From a virus (lineage: Duplodnaviria > Caudoviricetes): DNA of 26,122 nt. How positions within the stretch are numbered: position 1 is the stretch's first letter; every line of letters begins with the position of its first letter. The stretch spans positions 1 to 26,122 of IMG/VR virus record IMGVR_UViG_3300005512_000290; one strand, given 5' to 3'. The translations under genes were made by a program, and so were the position numbers. This document shows positions 24,781-26,122 of this stretch, piece by piece. The notes beneath the pieces were generated by a model that saw only the letters and a program-made list of their open reading frames with translations, was not told the DNA's origin and searched no databases.

Positions 24781-25584
24781 TCAAGCGCGATCGCCCCAAG
24801 TGATCGCCAGCATGTCCTCGCCCCATCCGTGGACGGCGTAAGACAGCCGCTCATAGGCGCGGATCCGTTCGATCTGGTCATCGGTCGGGACGATCCGGGG
24901 CGCGCTTCTCGCCCGGCCGATGCGCGGGCAATCCACGATCGCGAGATCGTAGTGTGCGGCCAGCTCGGGCAGGGCGCGATCGATCTGCGCCGTGTCGATT
25001 GCGGCGCCATAAAGCGGCCTGGATCGCGCCGCATCAATCAGGGCGGGCACGGGCCGTAGCCAATCCTCCCGAGCCATGTAGGACCGGACGTAGGCCCACG
25101 AATGCAGCCCGAGGCCGGTGGTTACCATCCAGCGACGGATCGGCATGTCCTGGGGCGGGACTCGCCAAGCCATATTGGGCGCGCTGGCGTGCAGGCTCAC
25201 CCCGAGCACGCGCGGATCCGTCACGCCCTCGACGTAGCCGGCCCACAGGATCGCGAGCGTGTCAGGATCGGACGGGGGCGCGGCTTCGTGGTTGAGCAGA
25301 TCGGCGGCGAACGATGCCACCTCGGGCCGCATCCACGCCGTCACCCGGTCGAATCCGGCCCGCCATGCGTCGAGCCAGTGGAGAAAATGCGAGACATGCC
25401 ATGCGATCGGCTCGCGAATCGAGGTGATCCGTAGCAGGTCGGCCGGCAAATGCCCAGCGCACCACAGCCCCGCGTGGGTCGAGCCGGACACCGTGTGGGG
25501 CAGCTCGGGCGCGAGACGGGCGCGGATGGTGCGAGAACCGCACTTGGCGGACTCTTGAAGGATGATCTTAGGGCCGTGCATCAT
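24781..25584 (-). CDS. Sulfotransferase-like protein (Sulfotransfer_2-like), 267 aa
   Basis: Start ATG 25584 (ATGA coupling). AKCGSRTI resembles the 5'-PSB loop, SIREPIAWHVSHF the 3'-PB RxP-x4-S motif, IRAYERLSYAVHGW the C-terminal motif. Confidence 0.55.
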   Translation of the reverse strand: MMHGPKIILQESAKCGSRTIRARLAPELPHTVSGSTHAGLWCAGHLPADLLRITSIREPIAWHVSHFLHWLDAWRAGFDRVTAWMRPEVASFAADLLNHEAAPPSDPDTLAILWAGYVEGVTDPRVLGVSLHASAPNMAWRVPPQDMPIRRWMVTTGLGLHSWAYVRSYMAREDWLRPVPALIDAARSRPLYGAAIDTAQIDRALPELAAHYDLAIVDCPRIGRARSAPRIVPTDDQIERIRAYERLSYAVHGWGEDMLAITWGDRA

Positions 25585-26003
25585 ACCGCACCGCCCGGCC
25601 AGCGCCCGATAGCCTCGGCTGTGGCGATGCAGGTGCGTCCGAGATTGCGGTGTGGCCCAGAGCTGCGATGGACCACGGTGGGGCCTACCAGCAGATCGAT
25701 CTCGACTGCGTTGTGCCGGATGAATACGGCGGTCGTCATATGCGCCGCCTCGGGGCCCAGCAGCGCCAGCAGGCAACCGGCGGTCGCGGGGTCGTCGGGG
25801 TCGGGCCATGCGTCGCTCGGCGGCGACTCTGGAAGGAACCAGTACACATCGGGCGCGTCGGTGTCAGTCGTGATGTCGTGCGCTTGCACGCGGGCGTTCA
25901 TGCCATGCGCGTACAGACTGCCGAACACCATCCCCGGCATCCACCGCCACCCCGGCATTGCCACGGCGACGCGCCCCCACTCCTCTGCGGTGCGCTCACC
26001 CAT
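25581..26003 (-). CDS. Phage hypothetical protein with WRWMPGM and PDxxDPATxGCLLAL motifs, 140 aa
   Basis: Start reassigned to ATG 26003 with GGAGG SD; stop coupled to the next gene. Confidence 0.72.
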   Translation of the reverse strand: MGERTAEEWGRVAVAMPGWRWMPGMVFGSLYAHGMNARVQAHDITTDTDAPDVYWFLPESPPSDAWPDPDDPATAGCLLALLGPEAAHMTTAVFIRHNAVEIDLLVGPTVVHRSSGPHRNLGRTCIATAEAIGRWPGGAV

Positions 26004-26121
26004 GGTCGCCTCCAGGCCAGCGCCCGAGGGCTTCGGCGGCGGCGATGCAGGCGCGCCCGAGGGGCAGGCGGGCCTCCCGCCACTGGATGCCGGCGGACCC
26101 ATCCCCAAACCCATCGGCCCG
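25996..26121 (-). CDS. 3' end of a paralog of the 25581-26003 gene (cut by the window edge)
   Basis: Translates ...EARLPLGRACIAAAEALGRWPGGDHG*, matching ...NLGRTCIATAEAIGRWPGGAV* of the downstream gene; not in the ORF track. Confidence 0.75.
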   Translation of the reverse strand, partial: RADGFGDGSAGIQWREARLPLGRACIAAAEALGRWPGGDHG

Positions 26122-26122
26122 C

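Noticed and set aside
1-26122. Stop-codon reassignment, tRNA genes, integrase/att sites
   Set aside because: Genes tile tightly under the standard code using TAA, TAG and TGA stops; gaps are too short or lack cloverleaf features; no recombinase seen.

Overview
High-GC tailed-phage (siphovirus-type) DNA; no integrase, att site or host genes are visible, so free phage versus prophage cannot be decided. The minus strand (26122 to 2150) carries, in order: accessory genes (two tandem paralogs, a sulfotransferase-like gene, an Ead/Ea22-like gene), TerL, portal, MuF/gp7-like head protein, HK97-type protease, major capsid, head-tail proteins, tail tube (no sheath gene), frameshifting tail chaperone, tape measure, tail tip/fiber genes, an amidase endolysin and an elaborate lysis-region cassette. 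The plus strand (1-2160) carries an ice-nucleation-protein-like repeat gene missed by the ORF track, a stand-alone receiver (CheY-like) domain and a calcineurin-like metallophosphoesterase. The strongest candidate for an undescribed system is a set of orphan signalling parts at the lysis end: a stand-alone PAS protein coupled between membrane lysis-like genes, a receiver with all phospho-site residues, an ERRxxDRR-tailed protein and a phosphoesterase, with no kinase in the window. Other oddities: duplicated holin-like gene flanking a DEDDh exonuclease, XRE-HTH-like domain fused to the prohead protease beside a palindrome on the capsid promoter, Cys-pair insertions and a probably leaderless mRNA for TerL, and a +1 UUU_CG frameshift. 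All family calls come from motif recognition by eye; no searches were run.
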